Positions 10,301 to 20,900 of a stretch of 33,462 nt of DNA are shown here, in pieces (positions within the stretch are counted from its first letter, which is position 1; every line of letters starts with the position of its first letter). The notes below the pieces were generated by a model that was given only the letters and a program-made list of their open reading frames with translations, did no database searches and was not told where the DNA came from. The stretch comes from a virus (lineage: Duplodnaviria; Caudoviricetes): IMG/VR virus record IMGVR_UViG_3300044513_003239, positions 1-33,462 of that record; one strand, 5' to 3'. Made by a program: the position numbers and the translations under genes.

Positions 10301-13300
10301 AAACTGTTACAAACTCTTCTCAAATAAACTTTGATAATAGTTTTTATAATGGAGATTATTTTGTTAGTGATATTCAGGACAATTCTTTTGCAATATCTTT
10401 AAAATCTTCTCCAGAAGTATTATCATATTCTAGTGAAGAGTGTAAGACTTTAGAGTATTCAACTGATTCTAAGTATGCTTTAGGCGGAATAAGCAAAGTA
10501 AAAATATTATCTTCTGGTTCTAATTACACCAAAGTTCCTCCTTTTGCTGGATCAATATCCTCAGAAGGAACTGGCGCATATGTAGTAGCAGAATCTGAAG
10601 AAATTGGAAAAATAAATCAAATTAGAATTGTAAATCCTGGTTTTGAGTATTCTTCGGATAATACTTTAAGACCATCCGCATACATATCACCTTCAATATC
10701 CCTGAAATCTTCATACAAAATTTCTTCAGTTGGAATTTCTAGCAATGGTATAAATTACAATTCTTCTCCAGACTTGATTGTTGTTGATTCTATTACTAGA
10801 GAAGTATTTGATAGTGGTCTGTTAGTATCTAAGTTGAGTGGAGGATCCATAAGCGAGGTTTCTATTGAAGAGTATCCATACGGGATCTCATCAAATGAAT
10901 CTAATATAATTGCTATCAATAATGATAATGGATATACTGTTAAGACAATAGAAACTTCTAATACTGGAGTAGCAACGTGTTACTTAGAAACACCAGTATT
11001 AGGATTTACTAAGCACCCATTCTCAGTTGGAGATAAGATTTTTGTTGAAGGTATAGTTAATTCCGATTCTGGAACTGGATACAATTCTAAAGATAATGGA
11101 TACAATTTCTTTACAGTAACTAACTTCACAAATACTATACCAGCAACTGTTGAGTTTAATGTTTCAAATCATTCGTCAAATCCAGGAATAGCTAAAACCG
11201 TTCAAGATTCTTTGGCTACAATAGTCAACTATAATGACTATCCAAAGTTTACCGTTGTAAAGGAATTTGGAGAATTTATTTTAGGAGAAAAATTATTAGT
11301 ATATGTTAGTGGTCAATATATCCAGAGTGATTTGGAAATATTAAAATCAACTAATGATTCTATAAAAATTTATGGCGATTATCAATTACAAAAAGGACAA
11401 AAGATAAAGGGAATTAAGTCTGGTGTTATTGCAACAATAGACAGTATTGTAAATAATTATGGATCATTTGATACTGGTTCTTCTACCAGAAAAGACTTTG
11501 GTTGGAAGAATGATATTGGTAAACTGAATGATGATAAACAAAATCTAGCAGATAATGATTATTATCAAAATCTTTCATATTCTGTTAACAGTTCTATAGA
11601 TTATGAAACATTATCAGTTCCTGTTAATAGATTAGTCCATACTGCAGGAATGAAGAACTTTGCAGATACTCAAATACAAAGCGTTGTTGAATCTGGAATA
11701 AAAACTTCCAAAAATGTAAGTTTTGAAGTTCTCGATATTATTGATGAGAATAGAGTTGATCAAGTTAAGAATTTTGATTTTGTTTATGATTTCAATACTT
11801 TAGAAAATAAATCAAAATTTGTAAAATTCAAAACTAAAAAATTATCCAGCTATGTTGAGTGTCTCTCTAATAGAGTATTATCGATAGATGATATAAGCTC
11901 AAGATTTTCAAATGTTGGTCTAGAAGAATCCGATCAAAACATTATTGATTCTGATACTGAAGAGTATGGTGGATTTAGTAGATATTTAATTCAAATAAAG
12001 GATACTGATAATTTAGAGTATCAATTAAATGAAGTCATTGTTATCGGTGACGGTAGTGATATTTTCATTTTGGAAAAACTTCTACTAACAAATAAAGAAG
12101 AAAAAGTAGCCAGTATTGATGGCGGAGTTGATTTAGATGGTAATAATTATATTGCATTCAATGCAAATGATCCATATACAAAAGATTATGATATTAAGAT
12201 AATTTCAAATAAGTTTTCAACCGACTTGGTAGGAATTGGATCAACTACTCTTGGATTGGTCAATCTAACTTCATCAATTAAAACTGTAAATTCTGGAATT
12301 TCTACATCTATTGTTTCGTTTGGTTCTTCAGAATATAGTTCACTTTACTTTAACGCTTATGTTAAAGATACTATAAGTGGAGAAAGCAATTATGTTGAAA
12401 TATATTTAAATCATGATGGATCAGATGTTTATCTTTCAGACTATTATTTTGATTCTGCTAAATCTTCTCGCAATTTACCATTTAATGATATTGGAGAATT
12501 TGATGCATCATTAAATGATGGGATAATATCTTTAGACTTTACGAATGATACCTCAAATAAACTAAGAATCGGAGTAAAATCTATAGGATTTGGATTAACA
12601 TCTTCTGGAATATCCACTTTCAGATTTAAATCTGAGGAGCAAACTGATGGAACAGAAAAAACAGCTCTTTATCAATCAAACTATTCAGTATCTTCTGGAA
12701 TTTCTACAATACTATCTGCCTCAAAATATGATTTCACAAGCATAAAATCAGTTGTAAATCTGAGCATTGGCTCAACAAGTGCATTATACCAAATAGCTGT
12801 TCTAAATGATGGATTGGATTCTTATATGTCGGTCTATCAACCTCTATCAATTGGATCTACTAGTGGAATAGGTACATTTGGTAGTACAATTGATTCAAAT
12901 AATGTTTCTTTGGTGTTCTATCCAGATCAAACCATTACTGGTGATGTAACCATTACTTCTTATAATGAATTAATTTATACTGACTATGATTTAATTAATG
13001 TACCAAATGATTTAGAGTATGGTTCATCTAGAGATTCTTATAGTTTCATAGAATATGGTGGAATAAATGGTGTAAGAGTTGAACGTAAAGACTTTGACTT
13101 ATACCATAAAAATTCACCAATATTTAAAAAGACATTTAATCCAACAAACACTAGTATATTAAATCCAACTACTGGTGTCTTTACACTTAAGAACCACTTC
13201 TTTAATACTGGAGAAGAGTTGGTCTATACACCAGAATCATCGTTAAGCAATGTAAGTCCAGTTTCTTTGAGCATAGGATCTACTTTAAATTCCGTTGGTG

Positions 13301-16300
13301 TTGTTACAGACATTCTCCCATCAGATGTCTATCCAATTAAATTGACGGAAGATACTTTTAGATTAGCAACAAGACAAGATTATGCGCAATCTGGTATATA
13401 CGTTACCTTCACATCATTAGGATCTGGAAATATTCATGGTCTAGAAATGACCAAAAAACTTGAAAAATCACTAATAACAATTGATGATTTAGTTCAATAT
13501 CCAATAACATATTCCTTATTATCATACGATTTGCAAGGGAACTATGGAGGATCTGTTGGCGTTGGAACAACAATATTCTCTTTAAGTGGAATTAGTTCAA
13601 TAAAAACTGGTGATCTTTTAAAAATAGAAGATGAGTTTGTTAAAGTTTCCAATGTTGGTTATGGAGAAACTAGTATTGGACCAATCAGTGGTATTGGCGC
13701 TACAACTTTAGTTCAAGTTGAAAGAGGAGTTGTTGGAACATCAGCAACAAGTCATACTGACTTGACGGAAGTTAAGGTTTATAGAGGATCGTATAATATT
13801 GAAGGAAATAAAATTTACTTCACAGATCCACCAAAGGGTGATTTCAGATCTTCTAGAGATAGAAGCAATCTTTCTTACTTCAAGTCAAAATTTAATGGAA
13901 GAGTTTACCTAAGAAAAGATTACACCACAAACCAACTTTATGATGATATATCAGAAAGGTTTACCGGAATTGGTCAAACATATGTTTTAACAAGAGATGG
14001 TATAAACACAGTTGGTTTAGGATCAACCGGTGGAAATGGAATTTTGTTTATAAACAACTTATTCCAAACCCCATCTACTGAAAATAACGTTGGTAATAAT
14101 TTCAAAATAATTGAAGATGCCAACGTTGGTGTAAGTAGTGTTGTATTCAGTGGTTCTTCAGCTGATGAAGGGGATGCAGATTATACTTCAGAATATGATG
14201 TTAATGTAAATCAACTTCCTAGAGGCGGCATCATTGTTTCTCTTGGAGCAACAGGTGGACTTGGATACGCTCCTTTAGTTGGAGCTTCGGTTACTGCGGT
14301 AATTGATGGTAGTGGAACAATTACATCTGTTGGATTAGGTACGACAGACATAGTTGGATCCGGATATTATGGAACTGTATCTATAGGTGTTACTGATCCA
14401 AACCATAGTGGAACAGATGCAACTATTACAGCTACGGTTGGCGTTGGTGGATCCCTATCATTCAGTGTTACCGATGGTGGTTCTGGATACGTAAATCCAA
14501 CTATTCAAGTACCATCACCATCATATGATAATTTATCTGTTACTGGAGTTTCTAGATTGGGGGTTGGATCAACAACTGAAACTGGATATGGATTGTTACT
14601 CAATATTGATGTATCTGCAGCATCAACAACAGGAATAGGTTCAACACTATTTGAAGTTTCATCATTCTCAATTGAAAGAAATGGGTATGGATTTAATGTT
14701 GGAGATGTTATCACACCTGTTGGATTAGTAACTGCTAAAGATGTACCTGCACCAGTATCTCAGTTTGAATTAACTGTCGTTGATACTTTTACAGATTCCT
14801 TCTCACTATGGCAGTTTGGAGAGTTGGATTATATTGACTCTATTAAATCTCTACAAAATGGCGTAAGAACTCGATTCCCATTATATTACAACTCATCACT
14901 CTTAAGTTTTGAAACGACAGAATCAAAAACAGATTCTGTTGAGATAGATTTGTCCAGCGTTCTCTTAATATTCATAAATGGTATTCTACAAGAACCAAAT
15001 GTTGCATATTCATTCCCAGGTGGTTCATCAGTTCTTTTCACAAAAGCACTGAGACCAGAAGATGAAGTTTCTATATTCTTCTATAGAGGAACTAGAGGAG
15101 AAGACAGTAGGATTGTTTCAATAAAAGAATCAATAAAATCTGGAGATTTGATAAGAATAGAAAATAATGATTTGATACCATCAACATTAACCCAAGAAAA
15201 GAGAACAGTAAATAATATAACTTCTTCAGATTTGTTGGAGACAAACTTATATCATAAGGTTGGTATTGATGAAGTTAATGAAAAGCCAGTTACATGGTAT
15301 AAGCAAAAAATTGATAGAGTTATAAATGGTGAAAAGATATTTAAAGTAAGAGATTCTTTAGAATCTTCCGTTTATCCATCCGCTAAAATAATATCCGATT
15401 TTGGTGGTAGTGATTCTGTAATTTATGTTGATGATGCACAATTCTTTAATTATGAAGAAAATGAATCTTCAACAGTAATTTCATCTTTTGACGCCATTAT
15501 TGTTAATGGTCAAGATCCAGTTTCCGCAGCAATAACTGCTAATGTTTCATCTAGCGGATCAATAGATTTAATTACAATTTCTGATGGTGGAAGTGGATAT
15601 ATCGGAACATCTATTGATCTTAAATTATCAGCTCCTAAACAAATTGGAGTTGGTATTGGTACAACTGCTACAGCAACAGCATTTATTACTTCCGGAATAA
15701 TCACATCCGTATCTATAGTAAATCCTGGACTTGGATATAGTGTTCTTACCCCACCACAAGTATTAGCACCAATTCCTAATACCACATTTGAAAATATTAG
15801 TGGAATAACTAATGTTGAGGGATTTAGTGGAATAATTACTGGTATCTCTACCACTTCTGGTATTGGTGTTGATCTAGCACTTAAATTTGATCTTTCCGTA
15901 AAGACCCCAACATCGTTTACTGGAACGGGACTTACAACTGGATATCCAATTTACATTTTTGATACAACTATTGGAGGAGCAGTTACTTCAATTGATAATT
16001 CTGATTCTGAAGTAATTGGAATAGGATCAACATTCTTTGATAATGTTTATAAGATTCACTCATATACTTCTATTGGATCTACAACAGCATCTATAATATG
16101 CAATGTTTCAGATTCAAGTATCCTCTCAGGAATTGATACTTTTGGTTATACACAATTGGGAAGATTCTCATGGGGAAGACTTTCTGGATTCTCAAGATCA
16201 TCTTCACCAATTTCAATAGGTGTTACTGGTAATACAGTTAATTCTGGATTAACAACTTTTGCAACGATACAGAGAAGAGGGTATGGTCTAAGAGATACGG

Positions 16301-16326
16301 GTGCTTTGAAAAAAGATCTTGGTTAA
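4378..16326 (+). CDS. gp7: Giant baseplate wedge initiator, gp7-like, 3982 aa, with YHYH-like domain and many beta-repeat modules
   Basis: Lies between gp6 and gp8. N-terminal IENQLPEFI...FLKQYY and LYKSKGTEESFKILFNILYG, and DNDYYQNLSYSV...LVHTAGMKNF, match cyanophage gp7-like proteins. HSPIIGWAYDGNPIYGPYGY...DLDEHNGRF is YHYH-like. Confidence 0.8.
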   Translation: MIKTGFETRVKVHQIIENQLPEFILDESPKAAEFLKQYYLSQEYQGGVSDISENLDQYLKLDNLTPEVVVDHSTLSNSIGEDDAVIVVSSTKGFPQKYGLIKIDDEVITYTDSTSTSFIGCVRGFSGITTYHSVDNPGELVFESTTSTSHESGTTIQNLSSLFLREFYKKLKFSLAPGLEDLNFVDGLNVGNFIKEAKTLYKSKGTEESFKILFNILYGVTPKIINLENYLIKPSSSEYLRREIVVAEVISGDPTKLVGQTIKQSDNDKIFASVSGVDSLTRKNITYYQLSLFVGSDEDSISKTSFTVPGRSLVSDKVGEGSSIITVDSTVGFPNSGDLIIGNLNIKYTSKSVNQFYGCSGITEPIDVKTPVRSNLFAYGYENGDLTKKVELRLTGIISSFVSDSSNVGIEEGDFVYVKNLGEIVENPDQNKTYKQKIINSWIYNTSSRYAISSIDGSTFVLGSKVDKSSLKVGDRVEILIKDSDTVASSLTDVPFIQSISRQNNQVIVGNLTGFEYNPNLRYDLRRKLNKASSTNVPIEFGNGLVLSDIQNVYNDSDEYIYVASNSLPSYTITKDIFEISISEASEPALQSYDILTEKYSVISFPSNVPFITGDEIYYYPESNAIPGLEEGVYYVEVLSEPNQVRLYNSRSFIGSINYLKFESLPSGSGSHNFVLNAQKNGIISPQKILRKFPLSTNISDGISDDTAPGFTGMLVNGVEISNYKSNERIYYGPVDSVKVINGGSEYDVVNPPQIEVSDPSGSGAKIQPVIRGFVEKVIVDPQIISLDSIVSIALTGGNGSGASFYPVLNTKKYRDIEFSAKLSDDNGGVDIGYDTITFLDKHFLNNGDLITYDKNGNDAIGVGTFDGSNSDTGLRLTDKSQYYCEVVNDTTIRLYENSKDLEVGINTVGFTNYGNAGIHKFRTADPRVVLKDIVVLDSGQNYENRKLIVKPVNISTTYNTVNFDNHGFNDGDLIRYEYETSSISGLSTTTNYKVLKLDDNSFRICEDKTESGHTLSNYERKKYLEFGSAGTGYQYFKYPDINFSINYSTVGVGTTAKVVGVLTATPVIRGEVVDAYLYEGGSNYGSKTLNLHRKPKITVKNGKNAEIKPIVINGSLSKAIVQYGGSEYYSTPDLVVVGDGDGASLRPIIENGKIKEVIVINSGIGYTQETTSISVRPSGKNLILDTDIRYLSLNKNKKYGNEILDIGSNGIQYSVTAYDSKIQSHFKDTDVTKHSPIIGWAYDGNPIYGPYGYSDSKDIDSPTKLLSTGYELDESNLYNRPSDFEPGFFADDYRYTGSGDLDEHNGRFCKTPEFPNGVYAYFATLNSQNVGISSFPYFIGNSYRSKYDKDNITLNQSFDFNNSSLIRNTFPYKLRDSQANNDFIFESYDYYDQRSEIESIFGSSIENIEIIGVGTDYKVGDKLLFDNSNTNGSGLKVIVSEVGGKNITNLNTSIEKYSNSVVSWKNESTLEFKIEPYHNLIDGDYVSVTGIATSPLKNITSLNKIGIVSFTTILSKDIPSNSTTGLATDVYVNNIPSDVSIGSSVKIGSEITSLLNIFPEQKIIRVRRDVGSSHSTSTEVYFIPDKFTISSNNSYFESEANKKVFFKPSESVGFGLSVGVTSTTTFALGVTTTGVSTYARTIQSQSLYVKDHGFKDNQKVILRKPSSSYSSLSVSTSYSGSPFNLPESGTSQVVYITNKTKNTIGIKTSINSSEVFFVSDGGSADSYEYSLETDYSKITSGIEKIKTVVSVSTSHSLRNGDKIRLTVNPEKTVGIQTFNSVYVKFDEGSQNLIINPIGFSSSVVDTTYDQINLSSHQLKTGDKVYYSSEDLVSSGLTTGSYYVYKVDSNSIKLCETYIDSISNPPKTVSIASTGGLNQELGLVNPELSTIRNNSLKFDLSDTSLYGYDFKLYYDEDFQDEFLSVESSSDFVVSGVGTVGLSTNASLTLNYLDQIPQKLFYSLITPAGYISTSDKTVTNSSQINFDNSFYNGDYFVSDIQDNSFAISLKSSPEVLSYSSEECKTLEYSTDSKYALGGISKVKILSSGSNYTKVPPFAGSISSEGTGAYVVAESEEIGKINQIRIVNPGFEYSSDNTLRPSAYISPSISLKSSYKISSVGISSNGINYNSSPDLIVVDSITREVFDSGLLVSKLSGGSISEVSIEEYPYGISSNESNIIAINNDNGYTVKTIETSNTGVATCYLETPVLGFTKHPFSVGDKIFVEGIVNSDSGTGYNSKDNGYNFFTVTNFTNTIPATVEFNVSNHSSNPGIAKTVQDSLATIVNYNDYPKFTVVKEFGEFILGEKLLVYVSGQYIQSDLEILKSTNDSIKIYGDYQLQKGQKIKGIKSGVIATIDSIVNNYGSFDTGSSTRKDFGWKNDIGKLNDDKQNLADNDYYQNLSYSVNSSIDYETLSVPVNRLVHTAGMKNFADTQIQSVVESGIKTSKNVSFEVLDIIDENRVDQVKNFDFVYDFNTLENKSKFVKFKTKKLSSYVECLSNRVLSIDDISSRFSNVGLEESDQNIIDSDTEEYGGFSRYLIQIKDTDNLEYQLNEVIVIGDGSDIFILEKLLLTNKEEKVASIDGGVDLDGNNYIAFNANDPYTKDYDIKIISNKFSTDLVGIGSTTLGLVNLTSSIKTVNSGISTSIVSFGSSEYSSLYFNAYVKDTISGESNYVEIYLNHDGSDVYLSDYYFDSAKSSRNLPFNDIGEFDASLNDGIISLDFTNDTSNKLRIGVKSIGFGLTSSGISTFRFKSEEQTDGTEKTALYQSNYSVSSGISTILSASKYDFTSIKSVVNLSIGSTSALYQIAVLNDGLDSYMSVYQPLSIGSTSGIGTFGSTIDSNNVSLVFYPDQTITGDVTITSYNELIYTDYDLINVPNDLEYGSSRDSYSFIEYGGINGVRVERKDFDLYHKNSPIFKKTFNPTNTSILNPTTGVFTLKNHFFNTGEELVYTPESSLSNVSPVSLSIGSTLNSVGVVTDILPSDVYPIKLTEDTFRLATRQDYAQSGIYVTFTSLGSGNIHGLEMTKKLEKSLITIDDLVQYPITYSLLSYDLQGNYGGSVGVGTTIFSLSGISSIKTGDLLKIEDEFVKVSNVGYGETSIGPISGIGATTLVQVERGVVGTSATSHTDLTEVKVYRGSYNIEGNKIYFTDPPKGDFRSSRDRSNLSYFKSKFNGRVYLRKDYTTNQLYDDISERFTGIGQTYVLTRDGINTVGLGSTGGNGILFINNLFQTPSTENNVGNNFKIIEDANVGVSSVVFSGSSADEGDADYTSEYDVNVNQLPRGGIIVSLGATGGLGYAPLVGASVTAVIDGSGTITSVGLGTTDIVGSGYYGTVSIGVTDPNHSGTDATITATVGVGGSLSFSVTDGGSGYVNPTIQVPSPSYDNLSVTGVSRLGVGSTTETGYGLLLNIDVSAASTTGIGSTLFEVSSFSIERNGYGFNVGDVITPVGLVTAKDVPAPVSQFELTVVDTFTDSFSLWQFGELDYIDSIKSLQNGVRTRFPLYYNSSLLSFETTESKTDSVEIDLSSVLLIFINGILQEPNVAYSFPGGSSVLFTKALRPEDEVSIFFYRGTRGEDSRIVSIKESIKSGDLIRIENNDLIPSTLTQEKRTVNNITSSDLLETNLYHKVGIDEVNEKPVTWYKQKIDRVINGEKIFKVRDSLESSVYPSAKIISDFGGSDSVIYVDDAQFFNYEENESSTVISSFDAIIVNGQDPVSAAITANVSSSGSIDLITISDGGSGYIGTSIDLKLSAPKQIGVGIGTTATATAFITSGIITSVSIVNPGLGYSVLTPPQVLAPIPNTTFENISGITNVEGFSGIITGISTTSGIGVDLALKFDLSVKTPTSFTGTGLTTGYPIYIFDTTIGGAVTSIDNSDSEVIGIGSTFFDNVYKIHSYTSIGSTTASIICNVSDSSILSGIDTFGYTQLGRFSWGRLSGFSRSSSPISIGVTGNTVNSGLTTFATIQRRGYGLRDTGALKKDLG

Positions 16327-16328
16327 GA

Positions 16329-16336
16329 TATAAATA
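16329..16336 (+). promoter_or_regulatory. T4 late promoter TATAAATA upstream of gp8
   Basis: Exact T4 gp55-dependent consensus in a 29-nt intergenic gap, 19 nt before the ATG at 16356. Confidence 0.85.
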
Positions 16337-16355
16337 GATCTAAAAGCTTATCGAT

Positions 16356-17903
16356 ATGTCTGCTCTTGTTACAGATCAATTTAGAATATTTAATGCTAAT
16401 AATTTTATTGAATCTATAGAAAATTCTGCAAATTCATATTATGTTTATGTAGGTCTACCAAATCCATCTGCTGTTGGGTTTGGTAGATCTGATAATTGGG
16501 ATACAAATACCCCAAGTCCTATTGATAACTTTGACTATGAGTATCATTATAAAGATAATATGATGTTTGGTAAAAAAATATCAGCATCAAATGTGAGAAG
16601 ATTGGTTAGAAGAATTGATTGGACTCAGGGAACAAAATATGAAATGTATAGGCATGATTATAGTATCAATAATCCATCGCCTATTACTGGATCGACAAGA
16701 CTTTATGATGCAAATTATTACGTAATCAATTCTGAATATAAGGTTTATATTTGTATTGACAACGGATCATCTGGAACAAATACTGTTGGTAATGCATCTC
16801 AGGATGAACCAACTTTTACAGACTTAGAACCTTCTAGAGCTGGAGAAAGTGGAGATGGTTATCTTTGGAAATATCTTTTTACAGTCTCACCTAGTGATAT
16901 TATAAAATTTGATTCTACAGAATATATTACAGTTCCAAATAATTGGAGTTCATCAACAGATTCTCAAATACAAGTTGTAAGAGAGAATGGTGATTCTTCG
17001 ATAAATGAAAATCAAATAAAGAAAATTTATATAGAGTCTGAAGGTGCTGGATATTCCAGTGGAACTGGACAGGTTGTAGATATTCTTGGAGATGGTACTG
17101 GTGGTCAAGTAGTACTGGATATTGTTGGTGGAAAAATTACGAATGCTCAAGTTTCTTCTGGTGGAAAGGGTTATACCTACGGAATAGTTGATACAGGCAA
17201 CTTAAGCGCATCTGCATCAAGCAATGCAAAACTTATACCAATAATTCCTCCATCTAAAGGACATGGGTATGATTTGTATAAAGAGTTGGGTACAGATAAA
17301 ATTCTGATTTATGCTCGATTTGATGATTCAACAAGAGATTTTCCAACAGACTCAAAGTTTTCACAAATAGGAATAGTTAAAAATCCAGTATCATTTGGAT
17401 CGACAAATGTTTATGTAGATGGTGAATTTTCTTCACTAAATTCAATTAAATTTTCCTCAACCTCTGGTTCCATTTCAGTAGGAGATAAGATATCTCAAAC
17501 AGTTACTGGTGGTATCGCTAGGGGTTATGTTGCATCTTATGATACTGAGACAAAAATACTTAAATATTTTACAGATAGAACTAGTTATTTAAATCCAACG
17601 TATATTGATCAGACAGATTATATTGGTATCTCAACATCAGCTAAAGTCTTGGATTTCCAATCGACAGCATTGCCTGTAACTAGTTCCGGTGGATTTTCTG
17701 GATCTATTGATGTTACATTTTCTGGAATTACAACAAATCCAACAGGATCAAAAATTATAAGTTTAGGATCTCAATTTACAAATGGTCTTTCAACTCCTGA
17801 GATAAATAAAGAATCGGGGGATATAATTTACATTGACAATAGACCTCTTGTTTCAAGAAACTCTAGACAAAAAGAAGACGTTAAAATTATCCTGGAATTT
17901 TAA
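16356..17903 (+). CDS. gp8: Baseplate wedge subunit gp8, 515 aa
   Basis: RRIDWTQG..YEMYRHDY, YKVYICIDNG, DGYLWKYLFTV, FSQIGIVKNP and C-terminal SGDIIYIDNRPLVSRNSRQKEDVKIILEF match gp8. Confidence 0.9.
   Translation: MSALVTDQFRIFNANNFIESIENSANSYYVYVGLPNPSAVGFGRSDNWDTNTPSPIDNFDYEYHYKDNMMFGKKISASNVRRLVRRIDWTQGTKYEMYRHDYSINNPSPITGSTRLYDANYYVINSEYKVYICIDNGSSGTNTVGNASQDEPTFTDLEPSRAGESGDGYLWKYLFTVSPSDIIKFDSTEYITVPNNWSSSTDSQIQVVRENGDSSINENQIKKIYIESEGAGYSSGTGQVVDILGDGTGGQVVLDIVGGKITNAQVSSGGKGYTYGIVDTGNLSASASSNAKLIPIIPPSKGHGYDLYKELGTDKILIYARFDDSTRDFPTDSKFSQIGIVKNPVSFGSTNVYVDGEFSSLNSIKFSSTSGSISVGDKISQTVTGGIARGYVASYDTETKILKYFTDRTSYLNPTYIDQTDYIGISTSAKVLDFQSTALPVTSSGGFSGSIDVTFSGITTNPTGSKIISLGSQFTNGLSTPEINKESGDIIYIDNRPLVSRNSRQKEDVKIILEF
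17801..17808 (+). promoter_or_regulatory. Candidate internal late promoter (GATAAATA) in the 3' end of gp8
   Basis: NATAAATA match 98 nt upstream of the 2415-aa gene, mirroring the placement in gp6. Confidence 0.4.
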
Positions 17904-17906
17904 GAA

Positions 17907-20900
17907 ATGGCTCAAAACACAAATCTCAATATCAGCCCATATTATGACGACTTTGATGCCTCTAAACAGTTTTATAAGGTCTTATTTAATCCAGGACGAC
18001 CTGTACAAGCCAGGGAATTAACTACATTACAGTCTATACTACAAAATCAAGTAGAAACTTTTGGTAGTCATATCTTTAAAGAAGGATCTATGGTAATTCC
18101 TGGTGGAATTACATTTGATCCGGAATTTTATGCTGTTAAAGTAAATACCAAAAATTTTGGTGTTGATGTTACTTTATATTTGAAAGAACTTGTAGGGAAA
18201 AAGATAACAGGAGAGAATTCTGGCGTAAATGCTGTTGTGCAGTATGTACAACTTCAAAACAATGAAGTAGAATATCCAACCTTATATGTAAAATACTTAA
18301 ATTCAAATAATGATTTTGAAATAGGTCAATTTCTTGATTCTGAAAATATAACTTGTGAAGAAGAGATAGTATATGGTAATACTACAATTGATTCTGGAAT
18401 TCCAGTAGCATCATTAATCAATTTAAATGCAACTTCTGTAGGATCTTCAGCATCTATTAGTGATGGAGTTTATTTTATTAGAGGGTGTTTTGTTAATGTA
18501 GGTAAGGAAACAATAATTTTAGATTATTACTCAAGTTCTCCCTCATATAGAGTTGGACTAAAAATCAATGAAGAAATTATAACAGCAAAAAATGATGATA
18601 CTCTATATGATAATGCTAAAGGGTTTACCAATTTTGCTTCTCCCGGAGCAGATAGATTTAAAATATCAACTAATTTAATTAAAAAGGAATTAGATGATCT
18701 TGATGATACCAACTTTGTAGAATTGATGAGAGTTGGTGATGGTCAGATCAAAAAAATACAACCAAAAGAAAGTCAATATGCATTCATAAGAGATTATCTC
18801 GCAAAAAGAACTTATGATGAATCTGGAGATTATAGTGTAGATCCATTTTCAATTTCCATTCATGATTCTTTAAATGATCGTCTAGGTAATGATGGATTAT
18901 TTTTTGATGGAGAAAAAACAAACCAAGAAAATGCACCAACAGAAGATTTAGCGTGTTTTAAACTTTCTCCAGGTAAAGCATATGTAAGAGGTTACGATAT
19001 TTCAAAATCAGAAACTACAATTATTGATGTAGAAAAACCAAGAAAAACTGAAACCAGATTTAGAGTGAATGTCCCATTTGAAATGGGAAATATTTTAAGA
19101 ATTAATAATGTTTCTGGTGTAGCTCAAAGTAAGCAAACTATAAGTCTCTACAACAAATTTAAAAATTCTACTACAGCACCAAATGGGCACAAAATTGGTG
19201 AAGCTAGAGTTTATAATTTTAAAGTAACAGATTCAAAATACTCTGGTCCTTCTACCAGATGGGATTTGTTTCTTTATGATGTTCAAACATATACGGAAAT
19301 TTTATTAAATCAATCATTATCAACTACAGATTTACCAGCATCATCTTTTGTAAAAGGTAAAAGTAGTGGGGCTAGTGGATACGCTGTCTATTCTGGAAAT
19401 GACTCAACAACAATTACCTTAAGACAGACTTCTGGTACTTTCATACGTGGAGAGCAATTACTTATTAATGGAGTAGAAAGTAATGTAAGAAGTGTAGTTA
19501 AGATTAAAGCATTTAATACCTCCGATATTAAATCGGTATATCAAGCATCAGACTCTGGATCAGGATTTCCATATGCATTCCTTGCAAATGCAGATTTAGA
19601 TAGAATTACACCAAAAGGATTTAGTTCATTTGATAAGATAACAATTTCTGCAGATGATGGATTTGGAAATTGCTCTGTAACTGCATCTGGAAAGTCTTTC
19701 CTTGGTATATCTACAGATTCTGTAATTAGATACCAAAGACCTGGACTTGATGATGAAACATTCTCCAGAGTTAGTGGAGTTAGTCTTGATGGTAAGACTC
19801 TAACAATTTCCGAATTAGATTCTGTTGCTGGTATTTTTACTGGACAATCTCCTGGAGCAGAATTGCAAACAGCATTCTCTCTGGGGGTTGCTAAAATAAG
19901 AAATGAAGATCGTGGATTTTTATACGCAGAACTTCCAAATAAAAATATATCTTCATTAGATCTTTCCGACTCAAATTTAGTAGTAACTAAACAGATAACA
20001 GGAGAATCTACAGATGGAAGTGGTGTTTTATCATTTACAGATTCCCAGTTAACTGGAATTAGTAGCGCATTCTTTAGTGCTTTTGATGTTGAGAAATATT
20101 CTGTCCACTATTCTTCTGGTGGAATAGGCACTGTAACTTCTGATCAGTTTGTTTTATCAGATAACAATGTAACAATTAATGGTTTAGATGCTTCCCAATC
20201 CGATGTTGTTGTAAACGTTAGCGTCATTAAGAATGGGGTACAAAGCAAAGTAAAAACTTACACTAGAAGTAAGACCATTAATGTAAACTATTCAAAATAC
20301 TCCCATTCTGGAAGTGGAATAAGCAATACATTTAATGATGGATTAACTTACAACAAATATTATGGATTGAGAGTTCAGGATGAAGAAATTTCTTTAAATT
20401 ATCCAGATGTTTCCAACATCTTAGCAGTATATGAATCATATAACGACCAAAACCCAACTATTGATACCATTCAATTGAGTTCAACAGCTAATGTTGATGA
20501 TAATGCAATTATTGGTGAAAATATCATTGGAGAAAATGGAGCTTATGCTAGAGTTGTTTCCAAACCCTCCGCAAATACTCTGGGTATAGTATATTTAAAT
20601 CAATCCAGATTCTCTCAATATGAAGATGTTGTTTTTGAAGAGTCTAATATTAGTACAGAAGTAGAACAAATTACAATAGGATCTTACAAAGATATTACTT
20701 CAAATTACATATTGGATGAAGGTCAAAAAGATCAATATTATGATTATTCTAGATTGATAAGAAAGAAGAATATTGCGGAACCATCAAATAGATTAATGGT
20801 CATATTTGATCATTATACAGTTCCCTCAAATGATGATGGAGATCTATTCACAGTTTTAAGTTATCCAAAAAATAAGTATAAAGATGTTTCAAAAATTGAA

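Noticed and set aside
17833-18021. 62-aa plus-strand ORF across the gp8/2415-aa junction
   Set aside because: Alternative frame over two conserved genes; no SD or motif. No evident slippery site suggesting a programmed frameshift.
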